Shown here: piece after piece, positions 9,678 to 17,956 of the stretch
How positions within the stretch are numbered: position 1 is the stretch's first letter
Layout: the number at the start of each line of letters is the position of its first letter
The notes under the pieces: generated by a model
Databases searched by the model: none
Told to the model about the DNA's origin: nothing
The model's input: only the letters and a program-made list of their open reading frames with translations
Position numbers and translations under genes: made by a program
DNA from: an uncultured bacterium
GTDB taxonomy: Bacteria; Patescibacteriota; Patescibacteriia; Magasanikbacterales; GWA2-37-8
Direction: 5' to 3'
Length of the DNA stretch: 64,000 nt
NCBI GenBank assembly: GCA_937903605.1
Contig: CALCZC010000007.1
Span: 37,982 to 101,981 of the forward strand

Positions 9678-10016
9678 CTATTTATTTAATAAAACATTGA
9701 TTATCCAACCGACAACAGTCATACAAAGTGCACCCCAAAACGCCGCAATAAAATTGGCTACATAAAAACCCTCTATCAACCAACCCGTTAACCAAAACAT
9801 CAACGCGTTTATAATGAAAGTAAATAAACCTAAGGTCAATAAATTTATTGGCAATGTCAAAAGCAATACTATCGGACGAATCAGTGTATTTATCAAACCC
9901 AAAACCAAAACTACCAATAGTGCCCTACCGAAACCACTCACACTAATTCCGGGTAAATAGTAAGTTAGACCTATCAAGGCAGCGGAATTTAATATCCAAC
10001 TTAAAATAGTTTTCAT
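9678..10016 (-). CDS. DUF360 / phage holin 4-1 superfamily small membrane protein (YvlD-like)
   Basis: 112 aa with 4 predicted TM helices. Sequence pattern LPGISVSGFGRALLVVLVLGLINTLIRPIV...TLGLFTFIINALMFWLTGWL is characteristic of the family. Confidence 0.55.
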   Translation of the reverse strand: MKTILSWILNSAALIGLTYYLPGISVSGFGRALLVVLVLGLINTLIRPIVLLLTLPINLLTLGLFTFIINALMFWLTGWLIEGFYVANFIAAFWGALCMTVVGWIINVLLNK

Positions 10017-10094
10017 ACTTATAAAATTTATTAATAAAAACTAATTATAAATAATTTTTTAAATTTTACAAAAGATCTAATAACCGCTTGTTTA

Positions 10095-10541
10095 TATCTC
10101 AAATCTCAAAACTCAAAAGTCAAAACTACAGCCTTAAGTGTCAAAACTATCTTTTGTTTTTCAAAGTTAAGAGACTTGATCCAAGCATGTTGGCTATTTG
10201 GTTTAGTTCTTCTGTTAATTCTTTGATTTTAGTATTATCCGCTTCTGTGGCGTCTCGTAGTAATCCAAACCAATATTTGCTTTCATTGGCTGATTTCAAA
10301 GCTATTTCATAAAACTTGATAAAGTCTTTTCTTGATGATGAAGATTTGGCTTCTACTATATTAGCTCCGATAGAAGTAGCTGACCGCAGTAGTTGATCAG
10401 CAATTATCCAGTATACTTTCTTTTCAGGTAATGTTTGAAGGAACTTAATAACTTTTATAGAGAAATAATAGCACCTTACTTTAATATCAGTTTTAAGGTT
10501 TTGAGTTGTAGATTTGAGATTTGACATTTGAGTTTTGAGAT
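10095..10541. mobile_element. MITE-like inverted-repeat element carrying the four-helix-bundle gene
   Basis: Left arm ATCTCAAATCTCAAAACTCAAAAGTCAAAACTACAG (10096-10131). Right arm 10497-10541 is its imperfect reverse complement (CTGTAGATTTGAGATTTGACATTTGAGTTTTGAGAT). The same IR family occurs without cargo at three other sites. Confidence 0.45.
10147..10527 (-). CDS. Four-helix-bundle protein (23S rRNA intervening-sequence protein family)
   Basis: Motifs YYFSIKVIKF...ADQLLRSATSIGANIVEAKSSSSRKDFIKFYEIALKSANESKYWFGLL are diagnostic of the TIGR02436-type family. The gene is flanked by about 40-bp inverted repeats. Confidence 0.8.
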   Translation of the reverse strand: MSNLKSTTQNLKTDIKVRCYYFSIKVIKFLQTLPEKKVYWIIADQLLRSATSIGANIVEAKSSSSRKDFIKFYEIALKSANESKYWFGLLRDATEADNTKIKELTEELNQIANMLGSSLLTLKNKR

Positions 10542-10591
10542 AAGAAAGTAGGACTTAGATATTAAGAAAAATTTATATTTTGAGGAATTAT

Positions 10592-11209
10592 TTAAAATCC
10601 CACTAAAAATCTAACCAGGAATTGAATAATAGGGAAAATCAAATTAAAGAGAAAAAATACAAATATTAACAAAATAACAAAACTGTTTTTTTCCAAAAAA
10701 TAAATTATTTTTTCACTTCCTGTCGGTAGCAGAGCGTATAATATTTTAGAACCATCAAGTGGTGGAATCGGTACCAGATTAAAAACCAATAAAAGAATAT
10801 TGGCGTAAACTATGACATATAAAAATTGTGTCAAATTGCTAAAAGGTGTAAATCTGATAAACATAGCAAAAGAAAAAGCTAATAAAAAATTAGCCATCGG
10901 TCCGGCTATCGCCACTAAAGCCGGTCCCCATTTTTGATTTTTCAAATTATAAGGATTGTATGGTACTGGTTTGGCATAAGCAAACAAAAAATTACCCGCG
11001 CTCAAAACAGATAAGATGATTGGCATAAAAATAGTACCCCAAATATCTATGTGGGCTTTAGGGTTAAGTGTCAAACGCCCGGCATAACGAGCTGTCGGGT
11101 CACCCAATTTATCCGCCATAAAACCATGGGCATATTCATGGATAATAGCCGAAGGAACTATAATCAAAAAATAGAATAGAATTGATGTCCACGGCATAAA
11201 TATTGACAA
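10592..11209 (-). CDS. M50 family (site-2 protease-like) membrane metalloprotease
   Basis: HEYAHG HExxH zinc motif within a TM helix, multi-TM, LDGSKIL (LDG motif) near the C-terminus. Confidence 0.7.
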   Translation of the reverse strand: MSIFMPWTSILFYFLIIVPSAIIHEYAHGFMADKLGDPTARYAGRLTLNPKAHIDIWGTIFMPIILSVLSAGNFLFAYAKPVPYNPYNLKNQKWGPALVAIAGPMANFLLAFSFAMFIRFTPFSNLTQFLYVIVYANILLLVFNLVPIPPLDGSKILYALLPTGSEKIIYFLEKNSFVILLIFVFFLFNLIFPIIQFLVRFLVGF

Positions 11210-11278
11210 AGTTTAATAATTTAGTTATAATATTTTTACTTAATTATAAAGCATTTAACTTATTTTAGCAACAAAAAT

Positions 11279-11446
11279 ATGAGTAGAACTTGCGCTTTGT
11301 GTGGAAAAATAGCTACGCGCGCCAACCATGTTTCTCATGCCAAAAACAAAGTTCCCCGTAAACAGAAACCTAATTTGCAAAATATCAAACTATCTGGGAA
11401 TACTGTCAAAGCTTGCACTACATGTCGCCGTACTATCAAAAAATGA
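11279..11446 (+). CDS. rpmB: 50S ribosomal protein L28 (55 aa; below the ORF-track size cutoff)
   Basis: Translated by hand: MSRTCALCGKIATRANHVSHAKNKVPRKQKPNLQNIKLSGNTVKACTTCRRTIKK. MSRxCxxCGK...GNxVSHAxNK...PNLQ is the L28 signature. Followed by a terminator. Confidence 0.8.
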   Translation: MSRTCALCGKIATRANHVSHAKNKVPRKQKPNLQNIKLSGNTVKACTTCRRTIKK

Positions 11447-11461
11447 ACAAAATAAAAAAAA

Positions 11462-11489
11462 TTCTTCGCCAAAAGCGAAGAATTTTTTT
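11462..11489 (+). terminator. Rho-independent terminator after rpmB
   Basis: TTCTTCGCCAAAAGCGAAGAA hairpin plus TTTTTTT. Confidence 0.6.
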
Positions 11490-11682
11490 AGTTCAACCAA
11501 GGGGTTAAAACATGTCCCTATATGTATAGGTGGTAAGTCACATGTTTAACCCACGGGTCAAACAGATATTGACGAACCTTCACATGTTTTTTGTAGAACA
11601 GTTTCACCCCGTTGGTGGAACGTAGGTATTATACCATAAAACTACCGAAGTCAAAAGTCAAAACTTTTGAGTTTTGGGTTTT

Positions 11683-11712
11683 TAAAAAGCACTCCCGAAG
11701 GAGTGCTTTTTT
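11683..11712. terminator. Bidirectional hairpin terminator between rpmB and ndk
   Basis: AAAAAGCACTCCCGAAGGAGTGCTTTTTTT is a perfect stem flanked by A-run and T-run. Confidence 0.55.
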
Positions 11713-12305
11713 TATTCCAATATTCCGTCCAAGTTCACATCATAAAGAATCTCTTCCGCCAATAATCTATAATTGATAATTTCTTCTTTTTTAAACCAAA
11801 TATCTATCTCTCTTTGGGATTCCGCCGGATTATCGGTACAGTGCACCAAATTGCGCACAGCTCTATCATCTGTCCCGGCTAAATTATAGGAATCAAGTGT
11901 TAAATCTCCGCGAATAGTACCTACATCGGAAGTTGCAGGTTCGGTAGAGCCAACCAGTTTTTTTACCACCCCAACAGCTTCATTACCTTCCCATATCATC
12001 ATCACCACCGGACCACAGGTCATAAACTTTACCAAGGCTTTGATGATATCTTTTCCATATTCAATAGCTAATTTTTCCACCGGCAAACCGGCCTTTTGGC
12101 GATTTTCCAAAATTTTGGCACCTTTACTTTCAAACCAAACATCATCTTTATTATAATGAACCCAACATTGATCCTCTGTTGGCACGGCCATTTTTAAAGC
12201 TACCAGTTTTAAACCGGTTCGCTCGATCCTCTTGATAATTTCTCCTATAAGAGATCTCTGAACTCCGTCTGGTTTAACGATGACGAATGTGCGTTCTTTT
12301 TTCAT
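11712..12305 (-). CDS. ndk: Nucleoside diphosphate kinase (elongated, 197 aa)
   Basis: TFVIVKPDGVQR, GPVVMMIWEGNEAV, GTIRGD and NLVHCTD (Ndk active-site His region). Has an internal insertion and C-terminal extension compared with the canonical ~140 aa. Confidence 0.8.
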   Translation of the reverse strand: MKKERTFVIVKPDGVQRSLIGEIIKRIERTGLKLVALKMAVPTEDQCWVHYNKDDVWFESKGAKILENRQKAGLPVEKLAIEYGKDIIKALVKFMTCGPVVMMIWEGNEAVGVVKKLVGSTEPATSDVGTIRGDLTLDSYNLAGTDDRAVRNLVHCTDNPAESQREIDIWFKKEEIINYRLLAEEILYDVNLDGILE

Positions 12306-12449
12306 AGAATAAAAATTTATTAATTATTATTTATTGTTTATTATTTATATTTTACAAATTTATTTAATTTTAATAAACAATAATCAATAAACAATAATTG
12401 TCTTTTGTTAAAAACTTAGCGCTATTTTATAACAAAAACATGCTTTTTG

Positions 12450-12809
12450 TCAATAAATAACATTAAACATAAACTTCGCCGTTTTTTTTAACTTATTCAC
12501 GTAAACAACCAGGGCCGCAGGTATAAGTGCCACGTCTTCCAACTTATTTTTATAAGCATAAACCCTGATACTTTTCAAAAGTTTTTGAGTTTTTTGATAA
12601 GTGATAGCCGCATTATTGGCCAAATCTATATCAACACGAGTTTTTACTTCTACAAAATAATAATCGCCGCTTTTTTTAGCGACGATATCTATTTCACCCC
12701 AAACAGTGTGGAATTGTCTATCAACAACTTCAAAACCGTGCCTACGTAAAAATTCTACCGCTCTTTCTTCTCCCCAATCTCCCAAGTCTTTATTGTGCCT
12801 ACCCTCCAT
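12450..12809 (-). CDS. YraN family (UPF0102) endonuclease-like protein
   Basis: 119 aa. GEIDIVA...YYFVEVKTR restriction-endonuclease-like core typical of YraN. Confidence 0.7.
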   Translation of the reverse strand: MEGRHNKDLGDWGEERAVEFLRRHGFEVVDRQFHTVWGEIDIVAKKSGDYYFVEVKTRVDIDLANNAAITYQKTQKLLKSIRVYAYKNKLEDVALIPAALVVYVNKLKKTAKFMFNVIY

Positions 12810-12815
12810 AAAAAT

Positions 12816-13217
12816 TTAACGCTTAGGCAAGTATTTTTCTCTCATTTGTTTTTCTTCTTCAAATTTACGAATTTCCGGAATTCTTTTGAGCACATAACGC
12901 ATGGTTTTCAAAGCCGAAGAAACGGCAAAAAACAAAGCCAGTAACCACCAGAATCTCCAAGCCAAAAAAGGGATGTGTTGTTGACGAAGAAAAAACCAAA
13001 AAACCAAAAAAATAGACATTCCCGTCAAAACATTTCCGAAACGACGATATATTTCCGATTTTATTTTATCCATGGTTTTATTTTCCAAAAATTTAAAAAC
13101 CGCCGCCACCACGATCAAAACTAAAATAAAACCCCACCAAAACCATTTGTCACCATCATACAAAATATAGGGCTGAGAAAACCAATACTCTATTTTCAAT
13201 AAATTTAATAAGCTCAT
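12816..13217 (-). CDS. Hypothetical membrane protein
   Basis: Three to four predicted TM helices. No recognisable motifs. Confidence 0.35.
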   Translation of the reverse strand: MSLLNLLKIEYWFSQPYILYDGDKWFWWGFILVLIVVAAVFKFLENKTMDKIKSEIYRRFGNVLTGMSIFLVFWFFLRQQHIPFLAWRFWWLLALFFAVSSALKTMRYVLKRIPEIRKFEEEKQMREKYLPKR

Positions 13218-13226
13218 AAAAATTAA

Positions 13227-13787
13227 TTATTCCTCCGATTCTTTTTTAAAAATTAAACAGAAATGATATTCGCCGGCTGGAAAATTTTCTTGCAAAACAA
13301 ATCCGTATTTTTTCCCTATCGCAGCCGTTTCTTCGGGTTTAACCATTAATTTTTCTTCCGGACCAAGTTTATTTTCAATTTTTTTTGTCCAATCCACTAT
13401 AACCAAAGTGCCACCATCCTTGAGTAAACGTGCAGCTTCAATAAAAGCATTGTCTTTATTTTTTAATTGAAAAAATACATTTACAAAAAAACCAACATCA
13501 ATACTTCCTTCCGGTACTCCGGCCGCACCGACTTTTTCCAAATCAGTCCAAACAGTTAAAATATTATGATATCCTTCGAATTGACTACGGCTCTTGATAT
13601 TTTCTAGAACGTCTTTCAAAATATCCATGGCATAAACAGCGCCTTTATCTCCTACTATTTTTGAAGCGGAAAAAGTAAAAATACCGGTACGACCACAACC
13701 AAACTCAGCAACTTTCATCCCTTCATTCAAGCCTACTTTTTTATAGATTATTTCCGGATTCAAAAGAGCTGTTCCTTCGTAAGACAT
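13227..13787 (-). CDS. Class I SAM-dependent methyltransferase
   Basis: Motif I VAEFGCGRTGIFTFSA, motif post-I AMDIL, motif II/III region LVIVDW. Confidence 0.7.
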   Translation of the reverse strand: MSYEGTALLNPEIIYKKVGLNEGMKVAEFGCGRTGIFTFSASKIVGDKGAVYAMDILKDVLENIKSRSQFEGYHNILTVWTDLEKVGAAGVPEGSIDVGFFVNVFFQLKNKDNAFIEAARLLKDGGTLVIVDWTKKIENKLGPEEKLMVKPEETAAIGKKYGFVLQENFPAGEYHFCLIFKKESEE

Positions 13788-13798
13788 ATATTTAAAAT

Positions 13799-14041
13799 TT
13801 AACGAATAAATATTTTACCCAAGGTGGCCATGAGAAATCCTTCCCACATGCCGGTAATCAAAAGAAAACCGATAAAAATCAAAGCTATCCCGATAAGTTT
13901 ATAGGCCATTCGACTACCACCTTCTACATCTAATTTTTCTTCCGCCCAAGCGATACGTCCAAAATTTTCCATAAACCACTCTGTTTTCCAAATAAAAAAG
14001 AAACCAGCGGTTACAAATAAAATTCCAATAAAATATTTCAT
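13799..14041 (-). CDS. Small hypothetical membrane protein (start trimmed from the ORF-track call)
   Basis: The ORF-track N-terminus (MIFCEFYDEQNHEAV...) reads through a tRNA-3'-end-like repeat. The internal start MKYFIGILFVTAGFFFIW gives an ~80-aa two-TM protein. Confidence 0.35.
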   Translation of the reverse strand: MKYFIGILFVTAGFFFIWKTEWFMENFGRIAWAEEKLDVEGGSRMAYKLIGIALIFIGFLLITGMWEGFLMATLGKIFIR

Positions 14042-14288
14042 AAAAATTATTTTTGTACTCAGAAGGAGTAGTGCGCCCTGTACAAATGGTGGGCGGAAAG
14101 AGACTCGGCTTCGCCTCTCATCGCCTTCCGGCTTACTCGGGCTAGCCACCGCCTCGTGATTTTGCTCGTCATAAAACTCGCAAAATATCACTCCGGCGTT
14201 CTCGTCTCCACGAAATGCACATTAGTGCATTTCTATTGCAAACAAAGAATGATTTAAAATTTTAACATCTTGCAACCTAATACTCTGT

Positions 14289-14395
14289 ACAAATGGTGGG
14301 CGGAAAGAGACTCGAACTCTTAAGGCCTTGCGACCGCTACCACCTCAAGGTAGTGCGTCTACCAACCTGCCTGCCGGCAGGCAGGTTTCGCCACC
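14289..14395 (-). tRNA. Atypical tRNA-Leu(GAG)-like gene / possible pseudo-tRNA
   Basis: 3' two-thirds is a good tRNA: anticodon arm CTACC TTGAGGT GGTAG, long variable arm, T-arm AAGAG TTCGAGT CTCTT, acceptor 3' TCCGCCC-A-CCA. A 20-nt perfect palindrome CCTGCCTGCCGGCAGGCAGG sits in the D-loop. No 5' acceptor strand complementary to TCCGCCC could be found. Confidence 0.35.
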
Positions 14396-14422
14396 TCTTT
14401 CTTTATTCAATGATTATAACTA

Positions 14423-14508
14423 GGTGTCCAGAAGAGGACTCGAACCTCCATGGCCTTGCGGCCGCTACCACCTCAAGGTAGTGCGTCTACCAATTTCGCC
14501 ATCTGGAC
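14423..14508 (-). tRNA. tRNA-Leu (anticodon GAG)
   Basis: Acceptor GTCCAGA/TCTGGAC, D-arm GCG AAATTGGTAGA CGC, anticodon arm CTACC TTGAGGT GGTAG, long variable arm CGGCCGCAAGGCCATG, T-arm GGAGG TTCGAGT CCTCT, discriminator A + CC. Confidence 0.8.
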
Positions 14509-14745
14509 TTTTATGTATTCTTTTCCACAACCAGATTTAAGATATTTTTCTCTTTTTCTTGCTTTAATTCTTGATTCGAATTCTTCTGTAAAAATTATTT
14601 TAAATGGTCTATATGGTTTTGTGGTTTTATTTTTTCCCAAATTATGCTGCGTAAATCTTTTTTCTATACAACTTGTAATACCGACATACACATAATTTCT
14701 ACTTAAGCTTTTAAGAACATAAATGTAATACATACTATACATCAA
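14473..14745 (-). CDS. GIY-YIG nuclease family protein (YhbQ-like)
   Basis: YIYVLKS...NYVYVGIT...RFTQHN are the GIY-YIG core motifs. About 90 aa. The last ~12 codons overlap the 5' end of tRNA-Leu. Confidence 0.65.
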   Translation of the reverse strand: MMYSMYYIYVLKSLSRNYVYVGITSCIEKRFTQHNLGKNKTTKPYRPFKIIFTEEFESRIKARKREKYLKSGCGKEYIKVQMAKLVDALP

Positions 14746-15509
14746 AACATGCGATTTTTCCCAACTATCATTTCTATTTTGCTTTTTGCCAATTTGAGCT
14801 TTAAGTTTATTTCTTTTGTTTGACGTCCATCTGTTTCCACCAAAAAAGCTGTCTCCCCTATTATTTCCATTTCTTCAAACGGGAAAATACTCGGCTCTTC
14901 ATATTTATACCCAAACCAACCGTTTTTTGTCAATGGTCGAAGGAATGCTTCCAACTTACCGTCTTGAGGATGAACAACTCTGATTTCTTTGTCTTTTTTG
15001 TCCTTTTTCCAATAAAAAGGCTGGAAATTACAAACAACCACTTCCATTTTATCACTAGCTGTAACTTTAAATTTACGGTCATAAACAACTTGAACCTTGG
15101 AAGGCATGACATGTAGTTGAGAAACAAAAAAACGATTATTAACCAAGCCGATATCCAGTTTTTCTTTTCTTCTTTTGGCCAAAACTTCCACACTTTCTTC
15201 ATTAACCGGAATACCCAAAACAGACGCTACTGTATTATTTTCCGCTCCTATCGGTAAAAAACCAAAAACACAATCGCTACCCGCTCCACGAGACAACACC
15301 AAGCCAAAAGTTTTATCATTTCCAACAATCACAATATTTTTGGCTCCACGTTTTATTTCATCTTCAATGATCGGTTTAGCGTCAATAAAATTGTTTAAAC
15401 GCAAAATCTTGCCGGAAATACCATAATCCGTCAATCTATTTTCTATCTCTTTTATGATGCTTTTATATTTTTTTTGCTCCAAAAAACTATCGTAAAGATA
15501 AACGTACAT
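14742..15509 (-). CDS. Diacylglycerol kinase catalytic-domain family lipid kinase (YegS/DagK-like)
   Basis: MYVYLYDSF N-terminus, NIVIVGNDKTFGLVLSRGAGSD...GFLPIGAENN matches the DAGK_cat GGDG-like glycine-rich region. Confidence 0.65.
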   Translation of the reverse strand: MYVYLYDSFLEQKKYKSIIKEIENRLTDYGISGKILRLNNFIDAKPIIEDEIKRGAKNIVIVGNDKTFGLVLSRGAGSDCVFGFLPIGAENNTVASVLGIPVNEESVEVLAKRRKEKLDIGLVNNRFFVSQLHVMPSKVQVVYDRKFKVTASDKMEVVVCNFQPFYWKKDKKDKEIRVVHPQDGKLEAFLRPLTKNGWFGYKYEEPSIFPFEEMEIIGETAFLVETDGRQTKEINLKLKLAKSKIEMIVGKNRMF

Positions 15510-15519
15510 AGCCTTTTTA

Positions 15520-15999
15520 TTAACCCAAATATTCCTCCTCTGTTACTTCGCTAACTTCTTCTGTTTTACGACTTCGGCGACCGGATTTTATCTCTACTCC
15601 TTCTATACCCGGCATCACGATTTTGCCAAAAATAACAGCTCCCGGTTCTACGGATAAAACTTTAACTTCAATATCTCCGAGAATTCTGGCGGTTGAAGCC
15701 AATTCCAAAGAATCTTTGATCTTCATATTACCACGAACCTCACCGGCAATAATAGCGCTCCCCGCACGCACATTGGCAATAATCTTGGCCCCGGCTTCCA
15801 CACTCAAAATTTTACTGGTATGGACACTACCATTAACCGTACCCTTAACAATGATATTGCCTTCGGAGCTAAAATCTCCCTCCACATTAACCGACGGACC
15901 GACTACGGTATCAATATTGTCTTGGGTTTCTTGTTCGGTTTCTTCGACATAATTGTCATCCATAGCCACGTCTTGTTTTTTAGATTTTTGAAAAATCAT
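15520..15999 (-). CDS. Bactofilin family cytoskeletal protein
   Basis: Repetitive beta-helix motifs VNVEGDFSSEGNIIVKGTVNGSVHTSKILSVEAGAKIIANVRAGSAIIAGEVRGNMKIKDSLELASTARILGDIEV (DUF583/bactofilin), acidic N-terminus. Confidence 0.8.
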   Translation of the reverse strand: MIFQKSKKQDVAMDDNYVEETEQETQDNIDTVVGPSVNVEGDFSSEGNIIVKGTVNGSVHTSKILSVEAGAKIIANVRAGSAIIAGEVRGNMKIKDSLELASTARILGDIEVKVLSVEPGAVIFGKIVMPGIEGVEIKSGRRSRKTEEVSEVTEEEYLG

Positions 16000-16006
16000 A
16001 TATTTT

Positions 16007-16128
16007 AAAAGTCAAAATTCAAAAGTCAAAAGTCAAAACTTTGGTGTCCCGATAAATCGGGACAATTTTTATTATAAATATCGCGAAGCGATACAATAGT
16101 TTTGAAATTTGCGTTTTGAGATTTGAAA
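16007..16128. mobile_element. Cargo-less MITE-like element of the AAAGTCAAAA inverted-repeat family
   Basis: Left arm AAAAGTCAAAATTCAAAAGTCAAAAGTCAAAAC and right arm GTTTTGAAATTTGCGTTTTGAGATTTGAAA flank about 60 bp containing palindromes GTCCCGATAAATCGGGAC and ATCGCGAAGCGAT. Confidence 0.4.
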
Positions 16129-16206
16129 TAAATTATTATTTATATATTTTACTCTATTTTAGGAAATAACTCAAACTATAAATTTTCTCTTTATTTTCAA
16201 TCAAAC

Positions 16207-17910
16207 TTACATCTCTTCCACAGTATCTATAGATAATATGTTTAAGGCATTTTGTAAAACTATCTTAGTAGCTAAACACAGAGACAAGCGCGCGCAACGT
16301 ATTTTTTCATCATCGGTTTTCAAGATGCTTATTTTGGTATAAAAATCATTAAAAACTTTGGCTGTATCAAAACAATATTTGGTAATCACAGAAGGATTGT
16401 AATTTTCAAAAGATTTTTTTACTTCCGAACCAAAAAACGAAAGGGCCTGAATAAGTTTCTTTTCTTCGAAATTTTTCAGAAACGCATAGTCGGCTTTTTG
16501 CGCCGGGCATTTTTTTCCTTTATTCAACAAACTGTTAATTCTTGCCACCGTATAAAGAACGTAGGGTCCGGTAAAACCATCAAAAGAAATAGCATTGTTT
16601 GGATCCAAGATTATGTTTTTTTGAGCTTCGTGTTTCAATAAATCAAACTTAACAGCCCCCAAAGTTATCTTTTTGGTTGTTTCTTCCAGTTTTTTCTTAG
16701 ACCAATCAGCGTGTCTTTTGATAGTTTCTTGATAAACTTTATTAAAAACTTCGTTATAAATATCTTCATACAAAATAACATTTCCTTCGCGAGAAGACAT
16801 TCGGCCTGTCGGCAAAGAAACTAAACCGTATCCGATATGTGTCATCTTGTATTTATAACCGGCCAACTCCAAAATTTTAAACAATTGTTTAAAATAAAGA
16901 TTTTGTTCTATACCGGTAAGATGTATGCTTTCGTTTACTTTATATTTTTTATTTTTAGCAACCGCCAAACCTAAATCCGAAGTTAAGTACAAACCAGCTC
17001 CGTTGCTTTTTCGCAAAAGCGCGACATCCAAACCATATTTATTCAAATCCACTATTATCGCTCCGCCTTCTCCGACTTGTGCAATACCTTTTTGCAATAA
17101 TTTATCTACCATTTTTTGACCGACAAATTTGGTTTCTTTTTCATAAAAAGTATCTTTATGTTTTACTCCCAAATCTTTAAAAAATTTTTCAAAACCTTCT
17201 ATACTCCATTGCTTGGTTTGTAAATACAAAGACCAAATACTTTTATCTTTAGCTTCCATTTTTTGTTGCATTTGAACAACTTCTTCTTGAGCTTCGGGGT
17301 GCTCTTTCAAATATCGACTGGCCTGCGTATAAATTTCTCCCAACCATTTCTGACGATTGCGAGGAGGTTTTTCTTTATCATGAAATTTTTTCAAACCCCA
17401 AAGACATTTGGCTACATGAGCTCCAAAATCATTGAGATAATTCACTCTGGTAACTTTGAAACCATTATTTTCAAAAAGATTGGCCAAAGAATTTCCTAAA
17501 CAGATATTACGTAAATGACCGACATGAAGCTCTTTGTGTGTATTATTGCTCGGATACTCTATCAAAACTTTTTTATTTTTACCGTCCGTATTTATCCCAA
17601 ATTTTTTATTTTTTTTCAAAATTTCATCCAAAACTATTTTGGCATAAATACCTACTTCAAAATAAAAATTCACATACGGTCCGAAAGCCGCAACTTTTTC
17701 CACCGCTTTGACTGAACCAAGTTTGGTTGCCAATTTTTCCGCCAATTCTTTGGCGACTTCTGCCGGATTTTTATTTTCTTTTTTTGCCAATTCAAAACAG
17801 GCAAAAGCCAAATCCCCCATCTCCGGTTTGGGCGGAACGGAGAAGTTTGTAGTTCCTTTTATTCCCAGCTTCTTAAGCAGATTCATTAATTGTTGTTCGA
17901 CTGTTACCAT
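16207..17910 (-). CDS. argS: Arginine--tRNA ligase
   Basis: Class I HIGH motif PSNNTHKELHVGHLRN, ArgRS N-terminal add-1 region, C-terminal DALR anticodon-binding region. 567 aa. Confidence 0.9.
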   Translation of the reverse strand: MVTVEQQLMNLLKKLGIKGTTNFSVPPKPEMGDLAFACFELAKKENKNPAEVAKELAEKLATKLGSVKAVEKVAAFGPYVNFYFEVGIYAKIVLDEILKKNKKFGINTDGKNKKVLIEYPSNNTHKELHVGHLRNICLGNSLANLFENNGFKVTRVNYLNDFGAHVAKCLWGLKKFHDKEKPPRNRQKWLGEIYTQASRYLKEHPEAQEEVVQMQQKMEAKDKSIWSLYLQTKQWSIEGFEKFFKDLGVKHKDTFYEKETKFVGQKMVDKLLQKGIAQVGEGGAIIVDLNKYGLDVALLRKSNGAGLYLTSDLGLAVAKNKKYKVNESIHLTGIEQNLYFKQLFKILELAGYKYKMTHIGYGLVSLPTGRMSSREGNVILYEDIYNEVFNKVYQETIKRHADWSKKKLEETTKKITLGAVKFDLLKHEAQKNIILDPNNAISFDGFTGPYVLYTVARINSLLNKGKKCPAQKADYAFLKNFEEKKLIQALSFFGSEVKKSFENYNPSVITKYCFDTAKVFNDFYTKISILKTDDEKIRCARLSLCLATKIVLQNALNILSIDTVEEM

Positions 17911-17956
17911 AAACGTGTATTATGTATTATGTAGAATGTAGTAAGTATTTTACGAA

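Noticed and set aside
9678-10016. Prophage, suggested by the holin 4-1 family hit
   Set aside because: DUF360/YvlD proteins are common chromosomal membrane proteins. No terminase, capsid, integrase or lysin genes are nearby.
13799-14191. ORF-track 130-aa protein
   Set aside because: Its N-terminal 50 codons read through the duplicated tRNA-3'-end sequence. Only the downstream Met (14041) gives a plausible small membrane protein.
14040-14290. Possible tmRNA or other structured RNA ending in the ...TTCCGCCCACCA tRNA-like 3' end
   Set aside because: No complementary 5' acceptor strand is present. No tag-peptide reading frame (no ...ALAA-stop) and no canonical T-arm (GAAGCCGAGTCTC instead of GGTTCGAnTCC) in the first copy. 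Interpreted instead as a duplicated tRNA 3' fragment.
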